Assembly (NCBI GenBank): GCA_040755455.1
Contig: JBFMAY010000063.1
Span: 1-14,603 of the forward strand
Direction: 5' to 3'
From: Thermodesulfobacteriota bacterium
GTDB lineage: Bacteria; Desulfobacterota; Desulfobulbia; Desulfobulbales; SURF-16
DNA length: 14,603 nt
Part shown: positions 6,923-14,603 of the stretch, piece by piece
How the letters are laid out: every line of letters starts with the position of its first letter
Position numbering within the stretch: the stretch's first letter is position 1
Translations under genes and position numbers: made by a program
Notes under the pieces: generated by a model
The model's database searches: none
Seen by the model: only the letters and a program-made list of their open reading frames with translations
Told to the model about the DNA's origin: nothing

Positions 6923-7864
6923 ATGGGTTTATTTGAAAAAATCGGCTTCACGGCAGATGTCACCCCCAGCATTGACTGGCAACTTATCCCGGCGGACACC
7001 TTTGCTATCTTTGAAAGCTGGGGTGGCCGGGAACGGATCAAGAGCAACAAGGAAAGATTCTACTATTTCTTCATTGACACCTGGAAAGAACCGGCCATCC
7101 TCTGCCTGATGGAACGGGGCATCAAATTTGCCCGGGTCCTGGCACGGATTGACGCCCCCCAGGAACTGATCAACAATGCGGTAAAATCCCAGGGGAAAAC
7201 GCTGGGCCTTGATAAAAGTTATGCCATTGACGACGCCTTGCAGCACTGGCTGCTGGAAAATGTCGTCAACACCGACGACGACACAAAAGTAATACCATTT
7301 ACCAGCACCGTTGAACAAGAGGATATGGAAACATCTTTGCCGGGCCGGGATGCAGGACTGCCGGCCGATCTGGCCGGAGTCACCCTCAACAGCGCCCCCA
7401 GGGATCTGCAGGCAAAGGATGTGGACGCCATCATCCGGGCCGGCAGTTTTTTCGACACCCAGTATAACCCCAAGGGGAGATTCACCAATTTCCTGGTTGA
7501 CAACCATGACGGACTGACCGTCACCGACAAGGTCACGGGCATCATGTGGCAGCGCGGCGGCTGCGATATCAACAGCATCCGCAAGATTCAGAGTTATGTA
7601 AAGAAGATGAATGACAGCAGCTTTGCCGGTTACGACAACTGGCGGCTGCCGTCCATGGAAGAGGCCCTTTCGCTGATGGAAGCAAAACAAAACGACAAGG
7701 GTCTTCACCTGCACAAATGCTTTTCCGCCGAGCAGCCTTTCATCTTTCTGGCCGGCAGACGCGATCCCGGCGGCTACTGGTTCTGTGATTACAAACAGGG
7801 CACGATCTACTGGGCCTCCGGCACCATTCCCGGAGGATTCGGCCGGCTCTGCCGGACGGTATAA
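6923..7864 (+). CDS. DUF1566 (Lcl C-terminal domain) protein with an N-terminal DVU0772-like domain
   Basis: C-terminal VDNHDGLTVTDKVTGIMWQ...FAGYDNWRLPSMEEALSL is characteristic of DUF1566. The N-terminal ~115 aa (IDWQLIP...FESWG...YFFIDTW.EP...YAI.....WL) resembles DVU0772-family proteins from memory. Strong RBS. Confidence 0.85.
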   Translation: MGLFEKIGFTADVTPSIDWQLIPADTFAIFESWGGRERIKSNKERFYYFFIDTWKEPAILCLMERGIKFARVLARIDAPQELINNAVKSQGKTLGLDKSYAIDDALQHWLLENVVNTDDDTKVIPFTSTVEQEDMETSLPGRDAGLPADLAGVTLNSAPRDLQAKDVDAIIRAGSFFDTQYNPKGRFTNFLVDNHDGLTVTDKVTGIMWQRGGCDINSIRKIQSYVKKMNDSSFAGYDNWRLPSMEEALSLMEAKQNDKGLHLHKCFSAEQPFIFLAGRRDPGGYWFCDYKQGTIYWASGTIPGGFGRLCRTV

Positions 7865-7884
7865 CCTGGAAGTACTCCACCATC

Positions 7885-7930
7885 CCGCAATGCAAAGCAG
7901 CTAAGGCCTAAACAGGGCTTTGCATTGCGG
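7885..7930. repeat. Perfect 14-bp inverted repeat between convergent genes
   Basis: CCGCAATGCAAAGC (7885-7898), 18-nt loop, GCTTTGCATTGCGG (7917-7930). Confidence 0.85.
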
Positions 7931-8312
7931 ATGCCTTCTTGAGGCTGGGATCGCCAAGCAGTCCATTGGCAATTCTGATCATATCCTCATTGCTAAAAGG
8001 TTTATTCAGGCAGGCATCGGCCCCCAGCGGCCTGGTCATGGGCAGGTAATCACACCCCTGGCTGTTGCCCCCGGACATGGCGAGAATCTTCACGGCCGGG
8101 TAATCACGCTTTATCTCGATGATCGTTTCCATGCCTTCCTTTTCGGGCATGAAAATATCGGTGACAACCAGGTCAAACGGCTCCTGGGCCATCATCTTCA
8201 AGCCCACCGCCCCATTGTCGGCAGTGACAACCCGATGCCCCTGATTTTGGAAAATGCGCTTGAGCAAGCCGCGGATCTGCTCTTCATCATCTATGACGAG
8301 GATCTTAGCCAT
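7908..8312 (-). CDS. Stand-alone response regulator receiver (CheY-like) protein
   Basis: ILVIDDE, DLVVTDIFMP (phospho-Asp), AMSGG and KPF motifs; no output domain; GGAG RBS upstream. Confidence 0.95.
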   Translation of the reverse strand: MAKILVIDDEEQIRGLLKRIFQNQGHRVVTADNGAVGLKMMAQEPFDLVVTDIFMPEKEGMETIIEIKRDYPAVKILAMSGGNSQGCDYLPMTRPLGADACLNKPFSNEDMIRIANGLLGDPSLKKASAMQSPV

Positions 8313-8406
8313 ATACGAACTCCACCATATAACAAAATATTGTTAATAAATTTTGCCTTGCCGGCCCGCTGAGAATCCGGCAAATCCATCAGCAGCAGAC
8401 CGGAAA

Positions 8407-8817
8407 CTACCTGATTCTCTCGCCGGTCAGAATATCAATAATACCATTATCCTCATCCCCGCCACCCGCCTTTTCCCTGTCCGCCCGGGGCGCTTCCTTG
8501 GCAACCGGCGTGGTTTTCACACTACCCGTCAGGTCGGCAAAGACGTTTTCCGGCACTTCGACCACCGGACTTGCAGCCGATCCCCCATCGCGGGCCCGCT
8601 CTTCAGCCATATCCACGCCCATGTCAGCCAGGCCGCCCTCGAGAACCAGCTGCGAAAAGGCACCCAGAGCATCACTCACCTTCTCCATCCGCCTGGCAAG
8701 GCCCGGATCCACGCTAAACAAGGCACCGCGGGCAACACTGATAATTTCCAGGCAGGCGAAAACATCTTCAATGCGGCGCAGATCGTAAACTTGCCCGCGG
8801 TTGCTGTCTGATCCCAT
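8407..8817 (-). CDS. Hypothetical protein
   Basis: 136 aa ORF filling the gap, GAGG about 7 nt upstream of ATG, same orientation as the downstream receiver gene; no recognisable motif. Confidence 0.65.
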   Translation of the reverse strand: MGSDSNRGQVYDLRRIEDVFACLEIISVARGALFSVDPGLARRMEKVSDALGAFSQLVLEGGLADMGVDMAEERARDGGSAASPVVEVPENVFADLTGSVKTTPVAKEAPRADREKAGGGDEDNGIIDILTGERIR

Positions 8818-9078
8818 CCAGGGTCCTCACCCAATGGCAGAAAAAAACGCGGCCAGCTCCAGCAAGGCCGGGGAGGTAAAATACCTCGTTCCTGACATAA
8901 TAATACAGATACTAGCATGAATAAAACTTGATTTGTTATTTTTTTCTCAGCAGAATGCACAACCACGACACGCGCAGGTTGACGACAAACCGGATTGTTT
9001 GCTAAAAAGTTCGCAACATTTCCGGGAGAAAAATGTCTTTCCGTTAAAAAATAAAACGGATACGGATAAGGAGAGATA

Positions 9079-10068
9079 ATGACGACAGATGTTCAGCAGC
9101 TGACCAGGGAAATTGAGACGGAAACACTGCTTCTTGAGCGGATACGCGGGGAAATCGGCAAGCTCATCGTGGGCCAGGCCAGGCTGGTTGAACGGCTGCT
9201 GGCGGCCCTGCTCTGCAACAACCATGTGCTCATCGAAGGGGTGCCGGGGCTGGCCAAGACGCTCACCGTCACCACCCTGGCCCAGGCCATCCAAGCCTCG
9301 TTTCAACGCATCCAGTTCACCCCGGACCTCCTGCCGGGCGATCTCATCGGCACCCTGGTCTATAATCCGAAAACCGGGGATTTCACCACCAGGAAGGGCC
9401 CTATTTTCGCCAATATCATCCTGGCCGACGAAATCAACCGGGCCCCGGCCAAGGTGCAGAGCGCCCTGCTGGAGGCGATGCAGGAACGCCAGATCACCAT
9501 CGGCGACCACACCTTTCCCCTTGACGACCCCTTCATGGTGCTGGCCACCCAGAATCCCATCGAGCAGGAGGGCACCTACCCCCTGCCGGAGGCCCAGGTT
9601 GACCGCTTCATGCTTAAACTCAAGGTTACCTATCCCTCCAAAGACGAGGAACAGCAGATTCTGCGGCTCATGGCGTCATCCGCCGCGCCGCCGAAGGTAA
9701 TACCGGTCATCAGCCCCGAGGATATCCGGCGGCTGCGCCGTAAAACCGACCAGATTTATCTGGACAGCAGGATCGAGGAGTACATCGTCAATCTGGTGGA
9801 CGCCAGCCGCCATCCCGAGTCCTATAAGATGAGCATCCGCCATCTCATCCAGTACGGGGCATCCCCCAGGGCCACCATCTTCCTGGCCAAGGCGGCCAAG
9901 GCCAACGCCTTATTGTCCGGCCGCGGCTTTGTCACCCCGCAGGATGTCAAAACCATTGCCATGGACGTGCTCCGCCACAGGGTCATCGTCACCTATGAGG
10001 CGGAAGCGGAAGAGAAGACCAGCGAGGATGTGATCCAGCTGATACTCGACACGGTTGAGGTCCCATGA
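9079..10068 (+). CDS. moxR: MoxR-family AAA+ ATPase
   Basis: HVLIEGVPGLAKT Walker A, RIQFTPDLLP, ILADEINRAPAKVQSALLEAMQE, ATQNPIEQEGTYPLPEAQVDRF, GASPRA; AAGGAG RBS. Confidence 0.97.
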   Translation: MTTDVQQLTREIETETLLLERIRGEIGKLIVGQARLVERLLAALLCNNHVLIEGVPGLAKTLTVTTLAQAIQASFQRIQFTPDLLPGDLIGTLVYNPKTGDFTTRKGPIFANIILADEINRAPAKVQSALLEAMQERQITIGDHTFPLDDPFMVLATQNPIEQEGTYPLPEAQVDRFMLKLKVTYPSKDEEQQILRLMASSAAPPKVIPVISPEDIRRLRRKTDQIYLDSRIEEYIVNLVDASRHPESYKMSIRHLIQYGASPRATIFLAKAAKANALLSGRGFVTPQDVKTIAMDVLRHRVIVTYEAEAEEKTSEDVIQLILDTVEVP

Positions 10069-10943
10069 TCAGCAGTGAACTGGCCGGAAAAATCCGCGCC
10101 ATCCGCATTTACACCAGCAAGGCGGCAAACGACATCCTGGCCGGCGAGTATGAAAGCGTTTTCAAGGGACGGGGCATGGAGTTCGATGAGGTGCGGCCCT
10201 ATCAGCCGGGGGACGACATCCGCGCCATTGACTGGAACGTCACCGCCCGCACCGGTCATCCTTATGTGAAGCAGTATGTGGAGGAGAGAGAGCTCACCGT
10301 CTTTTTTCTCGTTGATCTTTCCGCCTCCGGCGCCTTTGGCAGCAAACAGCGCCTGAAAAACGAGGTGGCGGCGGAACTGTGCGCCCTGCTGGCCTTTTCC
10401 GCCATCAAAAACAATGACAAGGTGGGCCTCATCGCCTTTACCGACACGGTGGAGATGTTCATCCCCCCCAAAAAAGGGACCACCCATGTCCTGCGCCTGA
10501 TCCGGGAAATTCTCAATTTTGCGCCGGAACGGGGCGGCACCAATATTGCGGCAAGCCTCCACTTCTTCGGCAGAATCAGCCATAAGCGCGCGGTGGCCTT
10601 TCTGGTCTCGGACTTTATTGATCAGGATTTTTTCCGCCCCATGCGCATCATCGCCCGCCGCCATGACCTGATCGCCGTTTCCATCCGCGACCCCCGGGAG
10701 CAGGAGCTGCCCGATGCCGGGCTCATTGAGCTGGAAGACGCGGAAAGCGGTCAACGGCTGCTGATCGACAGCAGCAGCCCTGCGGTGCGCCGCGCCTTTG
10801 CCGCCGCAGCCGCCCGGAGATTGAGTGATTTGGCCGGGCAATTCGCCGCCATGGGGGTGGACCATATTCCCCTGCAGACAACCCATGATTATGTTTTTGA
10901 CCTGGTCCGGTTTTTCCGGATGCGGGAACGGCGGCGGCGCTGA
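10065..10943 (+). CDS. DUF58 domain protein (VWA-like, MoxR-associated)
   Basis: GEYESVFKGRGMEFDEVRPYQPGDDIRAIDWNVTAR, EERELTV, DLSAS, VSDF; ATGA overlap with moxR. Confidence 0.96.
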   Translation: MISSELAGKIRAIRIYTSKAANDILAGEYESVFKGRGMEFDEVRPYQPGDDIRAIDWNVTARTGHPYVKQYVEERELTVFFLVDLSASGAFGSKQRLKNEVAAELCALLAFSAIKNNDKVGLIAFTDTVEMFIPPKKGTTHVLRLIREILNFAPERGGTNIAASLHFFGRISHKRAVAFLVSDFIDQDFFRPMRIIARRHDLIAVSIRDPREQELPDAGLIELEDAESGQRLLIDSSSPAVRRAFAAAAARRLSDLAGQFAAMGVDHIPLQTTHDYVFDLVRFFRMRERRRR

Positions 10944-10948
10944 GAGCC

Positions 10949-11965
10949 ATGTCACGAAAAACGATCTCCCTGCCATTTCTTGCCATTATCACCGCCCTGT
11001 GGCTGCTGCTCACCGGCTGCCGGGCCGGGCAGCCCGCGGACAGCACCGCCCCTGCCGCCCCCCCCGTCACCCTTGAGCTGCGCAGCGGCCAATTAAGCGT
11101 GCAGCTCACCCTTTCCAGCCCGCAGATCTCCATGGCCGAGCATTTGCATCTCACCCTGACCGCCACCGCGCCCGAGGATTTTGCGGTCAGCTTCCCGGAG
11201 TTTACCGATAGCGTCGGGGATTTCACCCTGGCCGGCACCACATCCGCCCCCAAGGAGCTGACCGGCGGGCAGATCAGACAGGGCCGCACCCTGACCCTGG
11301 CCCCCTATCTGCCGGGAGAGTACGCCATCCCGGCCATGATAGTCAGCGCCAAGGATCAACAGACTCCAGCCCAGCAGGCCGAGGTGACGTTTCCGGCCCG
11401 CACCATCCCGGTCACCTCCTTGCTGGACAAAGGCGAAACAGATCCGCAGCTCGCCGATATCTATCCCCCGCTGCCGCAGCCTGCTCCAACCCTTTACTGC
11501 CTGCTGGCCGGCGGCGCTGCCGCTCTCCTGCTCCTCGCCCTGCTCCTGTGCCTTTACCGCCGGCGCAAACGGCAAAAGCCTCCTCCCCCGCCGCTGCCGC
11601 TGCATGCCGCGGCGCTCGCGGAAATTGACCGGCTGCTGCACGAGCACGGCCAAGGCAGCGACTTCGCCCATTTTTACGGCAGACTCTCCCTCATCCTGCG
11701 CCGCTATATCGAGGCGCGCTTCGGCCTCAAGGCAGCGGAACAGACCACCGAGGAATTCCTCGACTCCCTCCGCCATTCCCCGCTGTTTACCGGGGAACAG
11801 CAGGAGCTGTTGCGGGACTTTCTCGGCCGCTGCGATCTGATTAAATTCGCCCGCCTCATCCCGGCCCGGCAGGAGGTTGTTGCCGCTATCGAGCTGTGCC
11901 GCGATTTCATCAGGACAAGCGGTGAAAAAATGGGGCAGGACAGCAGGCAGGAGGGAGCGCGATGA
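10949..11965 (+). CDS. Bat-operon membrane protein (possible lipoprotein; DUF4381/BatD-like N-terminal beta domain)
   Basis: N-terminal signal with LLTG-C, beta-rich periplasmic part (PGEYAIP), internal TM helix followed by RRRKRQK and poly-Pro, C-terminal LRRYIE.RF..A.EQTTEEF...DLIKFA segment typical of the gene between DUF58 and batA. Confidence 0.88.
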   Translation: MSRKTISLPFLAIITALWLLLTGCRAGQPADSTAPAAPPVTLELRSGQLSVQLTLSSPQISMAEHLHLTLTATAPEDFAVSFPEFTDSVGDFTLAGTTSAPKELTGGQIRQGRTLTLAPYLPGEYAIPAMIVSAKDQQTPAQQAEVTFPARTIPVTSLLDKGETDPQLADIYPPLPQPAPTLYCLLAGGAAALLLLALLLCLYRRRKRQKPPPPPLPLHAAALAEIDRLLHEHGQGSDFAHFYGRLSLILRRYIEARFGLKAAEQTTEEFLDSLRHSPLFTGEQQELLRDFLGRCDLIKFARLIPARQEVVAAIELCRDFIRTSGEKMGQDSRQEGAR

Positions 11966-13020
11966 GATTTGCCACCCCCTGGGCCTTGCTGGCCCTGCTG
12001 CTCATCCCCCTGCTGCTGTATTACCAGCTTGGCCGCAAACGGCCCCAGGCCCTGACCTTTTCCGCCATCGCCCTTTTTCGTCCGGCGGGCATCTCCTGGC
12101 GGCAGCAGCTCGCCGCTCTGCCGCTCGTCCTGCGCGTGCTCGCCCTGATTCTGCTGGTCATCGCCCTGGCCCGGCCCCAGCAGGGCATGGAAAAGACTTA
12201 CGACATCAGCCACGGCATTGCCATTGAAATGGTCATCGACCGCTCAACCAGCATGGGGGAGGAGATGGTCTTCAGCAACCTGGCGACAAACCGCCTGGAG
12301 GTGGTCAAAAAAATCTTTGCCGAGTTCGTCAACGGCAACGGCAAAGAGCTGCCCGGCCGGCCCAACGACCTCATCGGCCTGGTGAGCTTTGCCCGTTATC
12401 CGGAAACTGCGTGCCCGCTGACCCTGGCCCACGAGGCGCTCTCCGGCTTAATGACCAATATCCAGTTGGTGAGCAACCGGGCCGAGGACGGCACCAGCAT
12501 CGGCGACGGCATCGCCTTGGCCGCGGCCCGACTGCGGAAGGCGGAGGAGGACGTGGCCCGGCAGTATAAAAATGACAGCAGCGGCCATTACGAGATAAAA
12601 AGCAAGATCATCATCCTGCTCACCGACGGGGCGCACAATGCCGGCAGCCTCACCCCGCTTGCGGCGGCCAAACTGGCCGGCCAGTGGGGCATCAAAATTT
12701 ACACCATCGGCATCGGCGAGGATATCGACCCAGGCGGCATCCAGGGCTTTTTTGCCCGCATGAACCGGCTGGCTCGGGGGGTGGACAAGAAAACGCTGGC
12801 GGAAATCGCGGAGACCACCGGCGGCATCTTCCGCCTGGCCGCCGATGCCGACAGTCTACGCGCCATTTACGCGGAGATCGACCGGTTGGAAAAAAGCGAG
12901 ATTGAGAGCATCCGCCATATTGATTATGCGGAACATTTTTCCGTTTTCGTCGTCACGGCCCTGGCCCTGCTGGTCATGGAAACGGCCCTGCGGGCCACGG
13001 TGCTGCGGAAAATACCATGA
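11962..13020 (+). CDS. batA: BatA-like VWA domain membrane protein
   Basis: N-terminal MRFATPWALLALL double-TM region, ALARP, MIDAS DRSTS, GTSIGDGI, ILLTDG, IKIYTIGIG, IDRLEKS, C-terminal TM; ATGA overlap with the upstream gene. Confidence 0.92.
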   Translation: MRFATPWALLALLLIPLLLYYQLGRKRPQALTFSAIALFRPAGISWRQQLAALPLVLRVLALILLVIALARPQQGMEKTYDISHGIAIEMVIDRSTSMGEEMVFSNLATNRLEVVKKIFAEFVNGNGKELPGRPNDLIGLVSFARYPETACPLTLAHEALSGLMTNIQLVSNRAEDGTSIGDGIALAAARLRKAEEDVARQYKNDSSGHYEIKSKIIILLTDGAHNAGSLTPLAAAKLAGQWGIKIYTIGIGEDIDPGGIQGFFARMNRLARGVDKKTLAEIAETTGGIFRLAADADSLRAIYAEIDRLEKSEIESIRHIDYAEHFSVFVVTALALLVMETALRATVLRKIP

Positions 13021-14603
13021 GCGACATCCATTTTACCGACATCCGCATGTTGCTGCTGCTCTGGCTGCTGCCGCTGCTCGTGCTGCTCTTTCTCCATGCC
13101 GCGGCCCGGCGCAGGAAGGCCCTGGCCGCCTTTATCGAGCCGGCCCTGGCCGGCAGATGCGGCACCATGGGCCGGCCGGCCAAACGAGGGCGCCGCTTTC
13201 TGCTGTTCTGCCTGGCGCTCGCCTGCATGATCATCGCCCTGGCCCGGCCGGCCTGGAACCTGCAGGAGACCACGGTGAAACGCTCCGGCCGGGATCTGGT
13301 TTTCATGGTTGACGTATCGAAAAGCATGCTGGCCGCTGATCTGATGCCCAACCGCCTGGAACGGGCCAAGCTGGCCATCCGGGACTGCGTGGAAAAATTG
13401 CAGGGCGACCGCATCGCCCTGGTGGCCTTTGCCGGCTCGGCCTCGGTAAAATGCCCGCTGACCCAGGACTACGCTTTTTTCCTGATGATGCTGGATGCCA
13501 TCAGCACGGACAGCAGCGGCCGGGGCGGCACCCTGATCGGCGACGCCCTGCGCGCCACCTTTGATCAGGTCTTTGACGATCAGGAAAAACAGTTTAAGGA
13601 TATTATCCTGATCACCGACGGTGAGGACCACGAGAGCTTTCCGGTGCAGGCCGCCGAGAAAATCGGCGATGCCGGCATCAGGCTGCTCATCATCGGCCTT
13701 GGCGATGAAAAGGAAGGGCAGCGCATTCCCGTCACCACGGCTGACGGCAAAACGAGCTTTCTCAAATACAACGGCCAAGAGGTGTGGAGCAGGCTGGACG
13801 GCCAGACCCTGCGGAAGATGGCGGAGGCCACCCCCGGCGGCCGCTATCTGCCGGTGGCGACCGGCACGGTGGATCTGGGCGAGGTCTATCTCGACCTGGT
13901 TGCCCCGGCCGACCAGAAAGAGCTTGAAGCAAAGACCATCAAGCGCTATGAGGAGAAGTTCCAGATCTTTCTGGCGGCCGCCGTTCTCCTGTTGACCGCT
14001 GAAGGCATGATCGGCCGGGTGCTGCTTATCTGCGCCCTGGCCCTGCTGCCCGTGCTGCAGCCGTCCCCCTGCCTGGCCTCAGCCCGCTCGCTGATCAATG
14101 CCGGCAATGAGGCATACAGCAGCGGCAAGTTCAGTGAAGCGCAGACCCTTTACGACAAGGCGCTGGCAGAAAGGCCCGATCACCCCGCCGCCGGTTTCAA
14201 CAAAGGAGACAGCCTCTATCGCCAGGGCAAGTTCGCCGAGGCGGAGGCCGCTTTTGCGGAGATTATCGCCAAGGAAGAAAATCCGGCGCTGCTGGCCAGA
14301 AGCTGGTTTAACCGGGGCAACGCCCGTTTCAAAAACGCCGAACAGAAGACGGATCTGCAGGAAAAACTTGTTGATCTCAAAGAAAGCGCCGGTTTCTATG
14401 AAAAATCCCTGCAGCTTGAGGCAAACCTTGCCGGCGCCGGCCGCAATCTGGAAATCTGCCGCCGCAAGATAAAGGAAATTGAGCGCCAGCTTGACGAGCA
14501 GGAAAAAAAGGCCCGGGAAGAACAGCAGCAGGAGAACACGAAGCAGAACCAGCAGCAGGAAGAACAGCAACAGCCCCCCCAGAACACGGATGCCAAACAA
14601 CAA
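13017..14603 (+). CDS. batB: BatB-like VWA protein fused to BatC-like TPR domain; runs off the right edge of the window
   Basis: Not in the ORF track. Manual translation from ATG at 13017 (ATGA overlap with batA) is open for 529 codons: MSDIHFTDIRMLLLLWLLP...ALARP...VDVSKSMLAADLMPNRLERAK...ITDGEDH...YEEKFQIFL, hydrophobic segment, TPRs (GNEAY..G.F.EA..LY; FNKGDSLYRQG; FNRGNA; RNLE), then a Q/E-rich linker. Confidence 0.92.
   Translation, partial: MSDIHFTDIRMLLLLWLLPLLVLLFLHAAARRRKALAAFIEPALAGRCGTMGRPAKRGRRFLLFCLALACMIIALARPAWNLQETTVKRSGRDLVFMVDVSKSMLAADLMPNRLERAKLAIRDCVEKLQGDRIALVAFAGSASVKCPLTQDYAFFLMMLDAISTDSSGRGGTLIGDALRATFDQVFDDQEKQFKDIILITDGEDHESFPVQAAEKIGDAGIRLLIIGLGDEKEGQRIPVTTADGKTSFLKYNGQEVWSRLDGQTLRKMAEATPGGRYLPVATGTVDLGEVYLDLVAPADQKELEAKTIKRYEEKFQIFLAAAVLLLTAEGMIGRVLLICALALLPVLQPSPCLASARSLINAGNEAYSSGKFSEAQTLYDKALAERPDHPAAGFNKGDSLYRQGKFAEAEAAFAEIIAKEENPALLARSWFNRGNARFKNAEQKTDLQEKLVDLKESAGFYEKSLQLEANLAGAGRNLEICRRKIKEIERQLDEQEKKAREEQQQENTKQNQQQEEQQQPPQNTDAKQQ

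Noticed and set aside
6923..7864. Diversity-generating retroelement targeting the DUF1566 C-terminus
   Set aside because: No reverse transcriptase, no avd-like gene and no second adenine-variant copy of the 3' region is visible in the window.
6005..8321. Shared 11-mer ATATACGAACT upstream of two minus-strand genes (near 6005 and 8311)
   Set aside because: Repeated 11-mers are expected by chance in 14.6 kb, and the positions relative to the start codons differ.
14490..14603. CAG/GAA-rich low-complexity tract as a tandem repeat or array
   Set aside because: It encodes the Q/E-rich linker typical of BatC-like proteins; no fixed repeat unit or spacers.

Overview
GC-rich bacterial chromosomal window, most likely from a sulfate/sulfur-cycling Desulfobacterota (inferred from gene content). 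It contains the 5' part of a RACo/ASKHA (DUF4445-type) 2Fe-2S protein divergent from trxA-trxB-bamD; a convergent queH translationally coupled to a NifA-like GAF-AAA+-HTH sigma-54 activator; a small hypothetical protein; an SGNH/GDSL hydrolase; a DVU0772-like/DUF1566 fusion behind a Fur/PerR-like box; a stand-alone receiver protein; an orphan ORF; and the start of a MoxR-DUF58-Bat (VWA/TPR) operon. The most notable non-coding feature is a 180-bp palindromic MITE-like element (3209-3388; 18-bp terminal inverted repeats, TAA direct repeats) sitting exactly where the bamD and queH stop codons would otherwise overlap (TTAA). No rRNA, tRNA, CRISPR array, transposase or reverse transcriptase was seen. 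Most of the window is ordinary housekeeping and accessory content, and I cannot support a wholly new system. All family assignments come from motif recognition by eye, not database searches.
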